A stretch of 64,000 nucleotides of DNA from positions 82,908,845 through 82,972,844 of the forward strand of contig JARDVH010000042.1 in assembly GCA_030324005.1 (NCBI GenBank), read 5' to 3'. The stretch comes from Negaprion brevirostris. Taxonomy: Eukaryota. Shown one piece after another: positions 24,801-39,800 of this stretch. The notes under the pieces were generated by a model. The model had not been told where the DNA came from, made no database searches, and worked only from the letters and a program-made list of their open reading frames with translations. Position 1 is the first letter of the stretch. Every line of letters begins with the position of its first letter. Both the position numbers and the translations under genes were made by a program.

Positions 24801-27800
24801 ATGGTGATGTAGACTGTAAAGATGGGAGTGATGAAGTTAATTGTCGTAAGTAATCTGTTTTTATGCTATGCACCTCTTGTATAAATTTCAGTTGTGATGA
24901 GCCCTCTAATATGGTGAAGGAAAATGTAACCCTCTCCCAGCAGGAGTACTTGGAATAGATTTACACTGGATGTTTCAAATGAGTATTCTACATTTTTAGG
25001 ATCCTTTCTCATTAGAACAGGTTTAAAAGGCACCCAATACTTCACTGCTTTTTAAAATTTGTTTGTGACAAATAGGCTTGCATTAACACTGCAATGAAGT
25101 TACTGTGAAAATCCCCTAGTTGCCACAGTCTGGTGCCTGTTTGGATACACTCCAGGAGAACTTGGCATGACCAATGCACCTAAAGCTGCACATCTTTCAG
25201 ACCTGGGAGGAAACCCACACAGACATGGGAAGAATGTGCAAACTCCAATGACCTAAGCCAGGAAGCAAACCCTGGTCCCTAATGCTGAGGCAGCAGTGTT
25301 AACCACTGCCACTATGCTGCCCCCTATCACAAGTTCTGTATGTGTCATGATTTGAGGGCAATCCAGAACTGTTTGTGTCCACTAAGCTTGTCACATGCTT
25401 AGTTTTTAAATGTGATATTGTCAATGCCAAGTTGAATGTTTTGGAACAGCAATGCAATTTCAAGTGAAGCTTCAACGTAAGTATATTTATAACAAGTTTA
25501 AATATTCCAATGCTATGAATTAAACTTTTGGTCACCATCTTTGATTTCAGCTCCTCGCAAATGTAATCCAGGTTATTTCAAATGTGGTGATGGTGCCTGT
25601 ATCCCTGGTAATAAAATATGTAATGGAATTTGGGACTGTGCTAATGGCAGTGATGAAGCTGTCTGCAAAATTGGTAGGTTTGTAATTCACCAAAATAACT
25701 TCAAATGTTTTGGGTCACTTCAGAGTTTTTACTTTGTTCTCTTCTACAATTAGAATGTACAGGACTTGATGATTTCAGATGTCAAAGTGGGGAATGCATC
25801 AATGTGTCTCTAGTGTGTAATCACCATCCAGATTGCATGGATAAGAGTGACGAACCCCTGAAAGGATGCTGTAAGTTTAAATTATAGGCATGATTTGGCT
25901 TCATGTTCCAATTTAATGAATCTGATGCTGCTAACTCATAAAACTGTCTTGTGATGTAGACCATGTTCCTTCCCTTTTGAATGCAAAATCTTGCAAGTTC
26001 TTTAACTGTCAAATGTGCAGCCACTGATGTAGAAATGTTGCTGTTCAAGAGCTTTGTATAACTTAGCTGCAATGTGATGACAATGATCAAAATCTGGGGG
26101 ATAAGTGTCAGTCCTGACAGTAAGATTTTGCTCTGGAATAGTGTCTTGGGATCTTTGTACCCACAAAACAGATGGCCCTCCCCAAGTTCTAATGATGTAA
26201 AAAGATCCAATTTCATCTTGAAGCTTAAACTGGCACTTCCCACATAAAAATTGATTTTGTGAATAGTTGGCACCAAGTAATGATTGCAGCATTCCACTAG
26301 TCAGTGTCAACCTTGTGGCTTATTTCCACTTTGTTTTAAATGTCCTCATCCATGCCAGTACATTATCTACCTTCACCCCCTCCCCATGCCAAGTTTATTT
26401 GCTAATTTCCTGTGTGGCCCTTGTGCCAAAGTGCCTCAATCCATATTTGCAAACATCCACTTCTTTAATCTGTTCTGCTAGTTACATTCTCAAATTCTGA
26501 ACTAGTTTATTGAGTCTTTCCCTTTTTGACTAATCAAGTGTCTTGTTGTCATATCCCTTTTTAATCACATCCTTTTAATAGATTTTGGCATTTCCCCAAG
26601 TCAGATTATCTTTCTGTATTTTGCCCCACCTTTTTTATAGTGGGATTACATTTAAGAACATAAGAAATAGGAGCAGGAGTAGGCCATCTAGCCCCTTGAG
26701 CCTGCCCTGCCATTCAATAAGATCATGNNNNNNNNNNNNNNNNNNNNNNNNNNNNNNNNNNNNNNNNNNNNNNNNNNNNNNNNNNNNNNNNNNNNNNNNN
26801 NNNNNNNNNNNNNNNNNNNNNNNNNNNAACCCTTAATCCCCTTGCCTATCAAAAACCTATCAACACACCTCAAAAAATTTAGTGAGGCAGTCTCCACCAC
26901 TTCAACAGGCAGAGAGTTCCAGAGATTCACCACCCTTTTGAGTGAAGTTCCTCCTCAACTCCATTCTAAACTGCCCCTCCCTTATCTTGAGGCTGTGCCC
27001 CCTAGTCCTACTGTCCTTTCTGAGCAGGAAGAGCCTCTCCCACCTCCTCATTTGTTGCCTTCCAATCTCTAGAAATTATTCTAGAGCACTAACATAGCCA
27101 ACTTTTTTGGCATTTTGGAATGTAGATCAAGTCCAGGGGATTTATTGACTTTCAGTCCTGTCTTCTCCCATATGATTTTCACATCAATTTTTTTTTTGTC
27201 CATTTGGCTGTCTAGTATTTGAGGGAGGCTTTTTTCATCGAGGATCAAGGAGCCATGTGGCCACCTCATTTGTATGTTAAATCCACAAGCTTTGAGTGTT
27301 TATCCTTTTTTGAATTTATTCATTGACCACAGACCTATTGCATTCTTCCCTATTTACCCATTTATATCACCTCTGCTAGATAGTTGTGACTTGTTAAAGG
27401 TTATTTATTAGTTACATGTAAGGATTAAATTAACATTGCAATGAAGATTTTGTGAAATTCCCCTAGACACCAAAGTCCAGTGCCTGTTCAGGTCAATGCA
27501 CTTAACAAGTATGCCTTTTCAGAATGGGGGGAGAAGCTGGTACACCCCCACGCTGACACTATGCAAACTCCACATACAGGAACCCAAGCTGAGAATTGAA
27601 CTCTGGTCCCTGGTGCTGTGAAACAGCAATGCTAGCTCCTGCACTGCCCACATGTAAATTAAATGCCAAGATACATCCCTCAAACTCCAGCTTGCTAATT
27701 CTTCTAGGCAGCTTTCAATTTTGACCATTCATCTTGGACTGTTCAATTTCCATGGCTCAGAATATCCTTCTGCTCCTGGATTAACTTTGGGCATTTGCTT

Positions 27801-30800
27801 GAATTCTACTTCAGAGTTTCAGGCATGCAGGATGGCAGAACAATTGTGGTTGACATCAGTCTCAATTCTAGCCGTGATAGAATATTAACTGCTCAAGTAA
27901 ATTGAGTATTCAAGCTCTTGGTATTGAATTACAACAATCCTTAACCACATTGATCATTGCAAACTCCTGTTGTAAATATCTTGCCTTACAATGCACAGCT
28001 GTAATGCATTATTAATAATGCTTATTAAAAAGTTTGAATTTCTATCCATTTTTGTATAGTCCTCCAGTTTGAAGATATTAGCAGATTGATTCATAGTTTG
28101 GAAGATGCTGTGGAGTATGATTCTGCTGGTACTGGAGACCCTCGAAGTGGTGGTCTAACATCTGGATTTTACTGTCTTTGTAGATGTGAATGAATGTTTA
28201 GTGAACAATGGAGGCTGCTCTCACACCTGCACTGATCTTGTTATTGGTTACAAATGCGAATGTCCCTCAGGTTTTCAACTGTCCACCACAAAGGCCTGTG
28301 TAGGTAAGTAGAATCATAAACAGGCTAATGGAAAATGGTCACCTTGAATGATACAAAATTTTTTTTTCCAGACATTGATGAATGTCAAACTCCTGAAACC
28401 TGTAGTCAAATTTGTATCAATTTAGAAGGGAGCTACAAGTGTGAATGTCACCAAGGATATCACATGGAACCAGTGACTGGCACATGCAAAGCAGTTGGTA
28501 AGTAAACTGAAGATTTAGTGAATTGAATGATAAAACTTAAATTTCTTGCATTTAAAGCTTCCATCCCCATAGCCAATTTTCAAGAATATCATATTTTGTT
28601 GAATGTTACCTTTTTTGATCCTTTTGGAATCAGCCACACTTCAACAATATAGCTGTATAGTTCAGACAGTGGGAATAGCATTTCTGGTGTGTAGTTGGAA
28701 ATTTATTGCAACTATATACAAGTTATTGGCACTTCTTCTTATTTAGAAGAAATAAGTCCCTTGTCTGGCCCCACTTGGAGTACTGTGCGCAGTTCTGGTC
28801 ACCTCACTGTAGGAAGGACGTAAAAGCTATTGAAAGTGTACAGAGGAGATTTACAAGGATGTTGCCTGGATTGGGAGGCGTGCCTTATGAAGATAGGTTG
28901 AGGGAGCTGGGACTCTTCTCCCTGGAGAGACGAAGGTTGAGAGGCGACCTGATAGAGNNNNNNNNNNNNNNNNNNNNNNNNNNNNNNNNNNNNNNNNNNN
29001 NNNNNNNNNNNNNNNNNNNNNNNNNNNNNNNNNNNNNNNNNNNNNNNNNNNNNNNNNTAAAAGATTTCTGGATGAGTATATGGGATTTACTGGGGTTATA
29101 GATAGGTCTATGGATTGGTAGGTATTGATGTGATTGGCGCAACTTGTGGGCCGAAGGGCCTGTGTGCTGTAGTGTTCTATGTTCTAAATGTCAATGTCTT
29201 TGAAATGCATTTTGGCTTTTAAGCTGGTTGTTAAAGTTATTAACATACATAGGTAAAGAGCCTTATTTGATCTTCGCAAATCGCCATGACATCCGAAAGC
29301 TAGGACTACATCATCATGAGTACACCCAGGTAGCCGTACAGCTGAGAAATGCTGTAGCACTGGATGCAGATATTGCAGAACAGAGAATCTTCTGGGCTGA
29401 CTTGAGCCAGCAGGCAATTTTCAGGTAATGAAGTATTTGTGCATAAATCCTAGCTTGATGCTAAAACTTGCATACTATTTATGTGGAATTTTAAGTTTTT
29501 AAATTTAGATGAGTAAAACTTCAGCTTAATTTCTAATCCAGGACACTAGACATTGTGACAACTTATTTGCTTTTGTTTGGCACTGCAAATTGAATCTAAT
29601 TCCACTAACTTTTTTTAATTTTCGTATATTGAATTATAAGGCTGTTAATTTTCTTTTGGAGAAGTGAACTGTTTTAAAGTGGATGTGCAAGCTAACCTGA
29701 CTGTTCACCCTGTTTTAGCATGTCTCTCAATAAGTGGGAAGACAGAACTGGCCATTCCATAGTGGTCAAAGATGTAGAAATCCCTGTGGGAATTGCTGTC
29801 GATTGGGTTTACAAGCATCTCTACTGGACTGATCGTGGTACTAAAACTATATCCATCGCAACATTTGATGGAGCCAAAAGGTCTATCTTGTTTGAAACAG
29901 ACTTGAAGGAGCCAGGTTCCATTGAAGTTGATCCACTATCTGGGTACAGTAGTTCTAACTTCTGTAATTTTAGTAGTGTTTTAAGTTCTGAAACTTTAAT
30001 TTGGGATCTGAGTTTATCCCAACAAACTGAGTACAAATTGCCCTTCAGCCATCATGCATGCTGAAAATAGACAATTGTAGAATTGAAAATGAACACATGG
30101 AAATAGGAAGTACATGCTGTAATTAGAGGGAATGCTGACTTTAGTAGAAGGCTGTATACACCATCTTGAAAATGATGATCATGCTAAAATGATTCAGTAG
30201 CCATGGATCTAATTGAGTATAGGTTAACACTTATCTCGCTGCATGTGATTTTTCAAGCTCAACTGATTTTCTAACATGTCAATTTGAGGTATTGCTTTGC
30301 AAAGTTTAGATGGTCAGCTATTTTCCTAAATATATGCAACTATAATGGTTTAATTTATACTGTGCAGTCCATTCATTTGACTTCCCTTTGTTTTTTTTTT
30401 AAAATTAGGTTCGTTTACTGGTCAGACTGTGGTGAACCAGCAAAGATAGAAAAATCAGGAATGAATGGTGTGAATCGACAAATCCTTGTTGCCGATGAGA
30501 TTCAATGGCCAAGTGGCATTGCACTCGGTTAGTTAATGACACTTTAATTTGTTGAAACCTGCTTTTTGCCTTCTGAAACCTGACCATGCTTTTCTCTGCC
30601 TCCAGATCTAGTGAAAAGCCGCCTCTATTGGGTTGACTCTAAGTTGCACACATTATCCAGCGTAGATCTAAATGGGTGGGATAGAAGAACAGTACTGCAG
30701 TCACAAGAATTCCTTACTCGTCCACTTGCTGTCTCAATATTTCAGGTGAGATGGTGTTGGAAATTAGGGTTTTTTAGCCAGATGCATTGTACTGTTTTGA

Positions 30801-33800
30801 AATCACATTTCAGAATCCCTATTGTGTTGAATCATATGCCCAGTAAAGTGCTCCTGCCAAATATACCAGTGTTGCATGTATTTTGATCTTAAAAATAAGA
30901 GCAGTTTCAAACACTGCTCTTCCAGAATATGAAAAATTACTGACTGTCCCTTTTCCTGGAATGTACACAAGGCTGCCATTGCTTAATACCCTAATTCAGA
31001 ATGTCTGAAGCTTTTTGGAAGACTTTACTGGCATGAATACAGCTATTGCCACCTGTAGTTCTGAACTCACTCAATATTCTGACTTGGATGCATTTATTAG
31101 CAAGTGTATGCGCCTTGGCCGTTCTGTTGGTTAGATAGTTGGAGGCTGACATTTTGCATTCAATTACTTTTGAAGATCTGAATGAATAATTTTGATCTAA
31201 ATTTGCAAAGGCTGCATCTATTGCTCTTTAAATTGGCACAATGTGGAGCACAAACTACTTTAAGACTTTTTCTTTCCGTTCCAGGATAGTGCCTTCTGGA
31301 TTGATGAGGAGAATGAAGCCATTCATGAAGCCAACAAGTTCTCTGGTCAACGTGTGCTAACTTTGGTCTCTAACCTGAATGGACCACGAGATTTAATAAT
31401 TTATCACAAGTTAATTCAGCTATCAGGCAAGCTTGTACTGTTTTTACAAACAAAAAGCAACATTAATGTTGTACATCAGCTAAAGAGCAGTGAAGTTTCT
31501 ACAGATTGGGTAGTTTTTTTCAGTTTCATGCTGCAGGCTTATATTGCCAAAAATCTTAGCCAGTCTCACCAATGCGAGAAGCAAGTAAAAATATGCTGGA
31601 AAAACTCTGGCATCTTCTGTGGAGAGTTAAGTCTTGGCTTGAGTCTCTCTCTGGAGCCAACACCAGGTTAAAGTCCAACAGGGTTTATTTAGAATTGAGC
31701 TTTCAGACTCTGAACCTGGTGTTGAGACTTCTTACTGTGCCCACCTCAGACCAATGCTGATATCTCCACTCTATCTCCTTGAGCTAAGAGCTGGAGAAAT
31801 ATGATGGATTTTACACTTTAAAAGGATGGAGCAAAATAGGCTGGGGGTAAATCTTGAGCTCAAGATGTCATGGACACAAAGTATTATGTTAATGGCAAAA
31901 TAGCCCCATAATTTGAGGCAGGAGGAATTGACATCAGTATTTGCCTCTTTGACTTTGTTTTAAGGTACACATTTGAAGAGTTGGTGTAACATCATTCATT
32001 TGTTACATTGTAACTCATTAAAAGCAATTTTTGTTAAAATGGCACACAAAGTAACATCTTGATCTGTGATTCAATTACAACAGCATTGAAATTTGATTGA
32101 GTTTTTGATGTGCAATATCTTTTTGGTTTGTGGGGGGGGGGGAACAATTCCTGCTTCAAATTCTAAATATTTTTAAAATGGTTTCCTTCCTTCAGGAAGG
32201 AACTGGTGCAGTGTGAATGGAAAGAATGGAGGCTGTGAATATATGTGTGTGCCTGCACCTCAAATCAACAGTTATTCAGAGAAATCTGCCTGTCTGTGTC
32301 CCTCTGGAATGATGCTTGTGGATGGACAGTATTGTATGGCAGGTACATAATTAGCAATTTTCTTGCATAACTTCCCTCCATCTTTTTCTCGGAGGTGGGG
32401 GGGGGGAAAACCAAGTGGGATATTGACNNNNNNNNNNNNNNNNNNNNNNNNNNNNNNNNNNNNNNNNNNNNNNNNNNNNNNNNNNNNNNNNNNNNNNNNN
32501 NNNNNNNNNNNNNNNNNNNNNNNNNNNGAAAATGCTGGAAAATCTCAGCAGGCCTTTTTCCTTTGCTTTGACAAAGGGTCATCTGGTCTCGAAACGCCAG
32601 CTCTTTTCTCTCCTTACAGATGCTGCCAGGTCTGCTGAAATTTCCCAGCATTTTCTCATTTGGGACTCTCTGTCAGAGCTAAGAGCAGAAAAGTTTTATA
32701 CTACGAGGGTTGGTGGGGGGGGGAAAACCAAGTGGGATATTGACTTGCAGCCTTAAGGATGTCTTGCAGGGGTGATAATATGGAAAATGTTTATTTCTGA
32801 AGGTTAATCTATACTCTTCATAAAATCGGTGTAATACCTGTGCAAAGTAATGGTCTCATTAGTGAATTTATAGCTATACTCTGAAAAAACACAACCTTTA
32901 ATGTGTGGGTAGTCTGACATGTCCTAGTCAGAAGTACAAGATGGAGCAAGCTAGTATTTAGTATTCCCAGAATTTCCACTTTTTTTGTGCATACTTTATC
33001 AATCCCTTTCTCCCTCTTGTCTTAAGGTAAATTTTACATTTATCACTTCTAGTAAAGCAACATGTTAAATTAATTGTGCAATTGACCTGTTCAAAAATCA
33101 TCATTGTTTAAGGTAGACAAGATGATAGCATAGTATGGATTTTACTGAATTAAGTGTCACTTGTTCCTATTTGTTAGTTAACATGACCTGTAGGGAATCG
33201 GACTTTGTGTGCCGCAACAGACAATGTATACCTAGAAGATGGCTGTGTGATGGCAAAGCAGACTGTAAAGATGGATCTGATGAAAGTCAAGAAATCTGTT
33301 GTAAGTATCTGGTTGATTACTCCTGTGATGGAAATATTTCCATGATTTCATTGCTTCTGGCTCTTTATTCACCTGCACTGATATGGGGCAATACTTAAAA
33401 TCAACCAGTGGAATTTTTACATATTCCAGCAAAGTAATATCAGTAGGTGACACTACAGAAATTTCAAATGAGTAGCTGAAAAGTGAGAGATTCAACACTT
33501 ATTACTCAGTTCAGTCAGTAAATTAAAATGACTCGTGCCCTGGTTCAATTCTCGTAGCAGAAACAAATTTGGTAGTGGAAATACACTAATCATCATTAAA
33601 AAAAAACTTGCAGCTATGTAACCAGTTGTACTGCTTCTATTTGTGTACTTCTAAACAATCTCATAATCTGGCACTTGGATTGTTTCAGATGTGAAAACCT
33701 GTCTCCTCCATGAAATCAGCTGTGGCCCTGGATCTTCCCAATGTATTCCCATCTCTTGGAAGTGTGATGGTGAAAAGGACTGTGATAATGGTGGTGATGA

Positions 33801-36800
33801 GGAGAATTGTGGTAATGTGGCCTCTACCAATGGGAAATGCTTGTTAGACTAAATTTGGCAAAACTTATTTTAGAAATAAGAAAAAATCACAATGGATGGC
33901 TTGTGGCAGCTAACACCATACTTTTCCAATGCAATGAACAGTTCAGCTTTTTGTTACAGTAGCTAATTGACAAATGTAGATGAGGATTTTTGTAACAGGT
34001 GCTAAGCAGGGCAAATAGGCAAACAATTTGGGGAATTAAAAGATCAACTCCTGGGTTATAAACCTCCAAGGTGCTGTTTGGAACTGGCATCAAGAGCAGT
34101 GGTTTTTACTTATTCCTTAGCTAAAATTTCCCATTCATCCAGGATTTGAACTGTTGGCAATGTGATTTGGAGTCTTTAGCAGTGGTGGNNNNNNNNNNNN
34201 NNNNNNNNNNNNNNNNNNNNNNNNNNNNNNNNNNNNNNNNNNNNNNNNNNNNNNNNNNNNNNNNNNNNNNNNNNNNNNNNNNNNNNNNNNNNNNNNNNNN
34301 NNNNNNNNNNNNNNNNNNNNNNNNNNNNNNNNNNNNNNNNNNNNNNNNNNNNNNNNNNNNNNNNNNNNNNNNNNNNNNNNNNNNNNNNNNNNNNNNNNNN
34401 NNNNNNNNNNNNNNNNNNNNNNNNNNNNNNNNNNNNNNNNNNNNNNNNNNNNNNNNNNNNNNNNNNNNNNNNNNNNNNNNNNNNNNNNNNNNNNNNNNNN
34501 NNNNNNNNNNNNNNNNNNNNNNNNNNNNNNNNNNNNNNNNNNNNNNNNNNNNNNNNNNNNNNNNNNNNNNNNNNNNNNNNNNNNNNNNNNNNNNNNNNNN
34601 NNNNNNNNNNNNNNNNNNNNNNNNNNNNNNNNNNNNNNNNNNNNNNNNNNNNNNNNNNNNNNNNNNNNNNNNNNNNNNNNNNNNNNNNNNNNNNNNNNNN
34701 NNNNNNNNNNNNNNNNNNNNNNNNNNNNNNNNNNNNNNNNNNNNNNNNNNNNNNNNNNNNNNNNNNNNNNNNNNNNNNNNNNNNNNNNNNNNNNNNNNNN
34801 NNNNNNNNNNNNATCAACAATAGAAATACCAAAGACTGATAGTTGGATTGTCTCACTGGAGTTGATCTTTTGCCTGGTACTTGTATGGCATGAATGTTGC
34901 TTGCCACTGATCAGCCAAGTCTGAATATGTCCAGGTCTTGGCATATAGGCCTGAACAGCTTCAGCATCTGAAGAGTCATGGGTAGTGCTAAATGTCTTTT
35001 TAATATGGTGGGGAACTCATTGAAGCACTGAAGATGGTTGAGCATAGGACACTACTCCTGAGGAGCTTGTGCAGTGATGTTCTGGGTCAGAAATTTACCA
35101 GCCACAATCTTTTTGTGCTAGCTTTGTCTCCAAGTGATTTCCCATGAACTCCAGTTTTCCTAGGGTGTCTTGATGTCAAGAGCAGTCACTCTAATCTCTC
35201 CTGGAATTCGGCTCTTGTCTATGGTTGAACTAGGGTTAGAATAAGGTCTGGCGTTGAGTGGCAAACCAGAGTGCAGGTCAAATGCTACATGACAGCACAC
35301 CCAACAACCCTATCTATCTCTTTTAGTAGCATAGACTGGGGTAGTAATTGCCAAGTTGGATTTCTTTTTGTACAGAGGACATACCTGGGTAATTTTCCAA
35401 ACTGCTGGGTAGATGCCAGTGTTGCTGTACTAGAACAGCTTGGCTGAAAGGATGAGGCTAGTTCTGGGGTGCAAGTCCTCTACGACTGATGGAATGCTGT
35501 CAGGGCCCCATAACCTTTTCAGTATATGGTACTTTTTAACTCATTCAGTGGAATGAAATGAATGAACTGAACTGGCCGCTTGTGATGCTGAGAACCTCTG
35601 GAAGAGGCCAAGGTAGATCATTCATTCTGCACTCCTGGCTGAAGATTATTACAAATGCTTCAGCCTTTTGCACTGCGTGGGTTTCATTCATGTGAAGATG
35701 GGATATTTGCAGCATCATCTCATGAATACATTATTTAATTGTCCATCACGTTCACAAGATGTGGCAAGACTTGATCTGTTGGTTCTTGAATCACCTTTGG
35801 CTCTATCTAGTTCTGCTTAGTTTGTACAGGTGTTGTAGCTTCACCAGGTTGACCTGTCACCTGAGGTGTGCCTGAAGCTGCTTGTGCATTCTTAATTGAA
35901 TTTGGTGCCTGATTGTTAATGCCTACATGCCAAGACCTGGACACATTCTGGCTTGGGCTGATCAGTGGCAAGCAACATTCTTGCCACATACAAGTACCAG
36001 GCAAATATTGAATGCTAAAATGAAAATATAAGTACTTGGTCAGGTAGTATGTGTTGTGAAGGAAGTGGTTAAGGTTTCAGGTCTGTGACACTTAACCAGA
36101 ATATAACTTGTGTAAATGAATATTTACAGCAGAGGCAGGCAAGAGCACACCATACATCCAAGGCAACTAACTGAATTGGGATATGAATTAATTTATGAAA
36201 ATAATTGCACTTTAATGAAGTAACACTGGTCCTTGGATTTAAAGCTGAGAAGAGTATTAGAAATTCCCTAACTAAATTTTCCTTTTGGAAAATCGCACAT
36301 GTACCGCATTTTGGAGATGAGGAAACACAAATTTTGGGCCATGTGTCTAAGCACCTTTAAATGTCAGCTGAATGGTGACCCAGCCTGAATTTGTAAGACC
36401 TGTCTATCTTAATTACTACTTTGCAGTTTGGACAAATATCGGAGCATAAATCCTGCGTAAGATTGAAAGTCATGGCATTGAGGGTACTGGCTGTTAACAG
36501 ATGGGTTGAGCTGCAGGAAATCAAGTAGGAATATTAGCAGGATACAAATGCTGTCCCGTAGTCAGGTCTCAACTGTTCACTCAGCTTGTATGTGGCAGGA
36601 TGAAGCACCTCCTGGTTAAGACCAAGATTAGCTTAACTGGGCAAAACTGACAAAAGGATTATGATGTGTGTACAACAAAGTAAACTAGAAGTCATGGACA
36701 TCCAAAGATGCTTGGCAATCCAATGTGCTGAGAATCAAAGCTTGTTGGAATGCTGGTCTTCATATAGCTGAAGCATTTCATCCAGGCTTAGACCACATCT

Positions 36801-39800
36801 GGAGCAATTTTGGGCACTGCACTTCAGGAAGGATGTTTTGGTGTTGGAGAGTGCTGTTTTCTTGTATCTATAGTTTAAAGAACTAATTGTATCCATTGGA
36901 ATTTAGGAGGTTGGGTGATTGAGCTTTCAATGAGAACTGGCAATAGATAAAGTGCTAGCTGTGAATCTCTCTTAAAATTCATTTATGGGCTAAAGGCCTT
37001 AGCCAACATTTATTGTCCATCCCTAGTTGGTCTTGAAGACTGGAACATTGATCTGGCTCTAATGTATAGGTTTTCAGGAAACAATTTGATTACAAGAAAT
37101 TACTGTCAGTAAGTCTGAGCTCCACAATCCCCAATACATTAGTTTCTACACTACAGAACCACACTAGTTCAAATGGTGATAATATAGGTATTTCTATATT
37201 ACTTATCCCATTCTTCAGATGGTGCTGGGAATGTGCCAACTCAAGTCTGGTCTTTAAGACATGTAAAAGGGTTTCTGCACAAATTTCCTGTAATAAATTC
37301 AGTCCTGAAGATACTTCTCAAACCATGTCAGCTGGAGATTTCATTTGTGTAAAACAAGAAATTGACTAAATTTGAGTGACAACTGATTTAATGCTCCATG
37401 TGCAAAATATGATATTTGGTATAATCAAATATTTGAGTCATTCTGAATTGTATCTAAGTGCAAGTATAGGATACTGTTTTAAGCAGCCTTGAGTGGCAAT
37501 ATTAATACTTTTGTTCTACTTCCTGGTCAATCATATTGACTGTTACTCCACATCAGATCAGTTTCTTGAGCAGACTTTATCTTTTTCAGGGACCTTTACT
37601 TGTGACCCAGCAGAATTTGCCTGCTCCAATGGCAGATGCATTTCGATGATATTTATCTGCAATAATGAGGATGACTGTGGTGACAGAAGTGATGAAAAAG
37701 GCTGTGCACCAACTGCATGTAGTGCACATGAATTTCAGTGTAATAGTTCTGAATGCATTCCCTTGAGTTGGGTGTGTGACACACATGCTGATTGTGCAGA
37801 CCAATCTGATGAATTTGCAGACCGCTGTGAGTACATCCATTCTCTGACATGTTCTCCAAATGCAATTCAGTGTGGCTCAGGGGAATGCATCCATAGACGC
37901 TGGTACTGTGATGGAGATGCTGACTGTAGAGATGGCAGTGATGAAATCAACTGCCGTAAGTATTCAAGACTTTCTGCTTTGGATATTTTAGTGAGTGGTT
38001 AGTGCTAGGTGGAAAAGTGTGCAGATGTTGCTCCAAGGACCATAATGAGGTCATTTGGTCTGTTTTGCCAACTGGGTTAGTTCAGATGTATGTCTTGCAC
38101 CTTTTCTGCCACCCTTTAAATCCATACTTGGTGACCAAATTCAAAACTCTTACTCAAATTTTTTAATTTTGTGCCAGAATCCACAGCCCTCAAGGATTCC
38201 ATTGTCACTGTTCTGTGTGCAGTGGACATTCATTAGCTGTTAACAGCAACTACAGAGGCCTTGTTGCATGACTAAAATGTCAATGACCACAAATGGTCAC
38301 ATGGAAACTAGGTTAAATCTGAAAGGTATTGCACAGACCTTGTTTCATGATGTGAATTAAGGACCACATGATCACAGGTTGAAGAGAAAATTAGACATTA
38401 ATTCATTTCTTTCACTGAAGTTCTTTAATCTTTCATTCTGATTGTTCTCTTGGAGATCACTCTAGATAACATTCAGTTAATCTATTCAGCTCTTTCAAAC
38501 TTGCTCACTCCTCCTTACACACTCACTATACCTCCGCCTGCAATTTGGGATCTACCCTCAGAGTATCTGTCAACAATTGAATAAAGGTGTTATCCTTGGA
38601 ACATGTTAGAATACATCCTCTAAGCAATTCTGCTTATTTTTTGTGTGGTGATCTTGCTTTCTAGAAGTCCATGTTATCAAATCTGGAAGATCTCTCAATC
38701 TACTTCATGCTGTGACTTTTGCTCAGCTTGTATTCTTGGTGCTCCAGGATTAATTATAGCCTATGAATAATATGGGGATTGCTCTAGCAATTTTCTGCTT
38801 AATCCAATAAATGAATTTTAAATTCCAGAAGAGAACTTTAAGCTGATTTTTGGGATGAGAATAAAGCAGCTGTTTTCAAATATTAACCTTTCGGATTTAA
38901 AACTGGATGACTCACTTAAAATGTGACCTGCTATACTATTCTAACTTTCAGCCCATCACACATGTAGACCAGATCACTTCAGATGTGGTGATGGTACCTG
39001 TATCCATAATGACAAGAAATGTAATGGACTGAATGATTGCCTTGATGCCAGTGATGAATCTGGCTGTATAAATGGTAAGTGCATGGTGTCATTTAGAATG
39101 AATGATTTTTTTTTTGACTGAAGTTCTCAAATGTATTTCTTTTTCTGCAACAGTGGAGTGCAGAGGTGCCACTGAGTTTAAGTGTGGCAGTGGTGAATGT
39201 ATTGATATAACAAAAGTCTGTGACCAGCATCAAGACTGCAGAGATTGGAGTGATGAGCCAGCCAAAAAATGTAGTAAGTAGTGAATTAGTTGCATTGCAG
39301 ATAGAGCTTTTAATGGTTTACTGATTTGAACTTCCTGATACAAAATCTGTTCAATGCTTGGCTATAGTTAGCCTTTCACAGCAGCTAGCATTCAAATCAA
39401 TTATGGTCAGAATATTCCAGCCACTCACCCCAGTGGGATTCCTTGGTTTTGCTGCAGTGCTCAGACTTGGCTGAGCATCAATTCTTCTTTGCTTGCAGCA
39501 ATGGCAGGGTGTGAACGGGTGGAAAATTCCAGCCATTGCATGTGATTCTGGCAAGAACCTGGTTTAGTCTGTCATTCAGTGCTGATTTTCATTTATGCTT
39601 GTAGGGCATTGACTCTAATTACACTCGCTTTATTTATATTCAAAATATTTGTAAAGTTAAACATTGCTTCCAGCTATGAAATAGTTTTAACTAAAGTTAT
39701 TTGATTTTATAAGCTGTTACAATCCCTTTGGGATCTAAGATTTTCATTTGTACAAAATCAGTGCAATGCAGAGGTAATACAGTATACACTCTGTCTGTGT

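Noticed and set aside
34135-34944. Long ORFs of 225-269 aa
   Set aside because: Almost entirely N-gap translated as X
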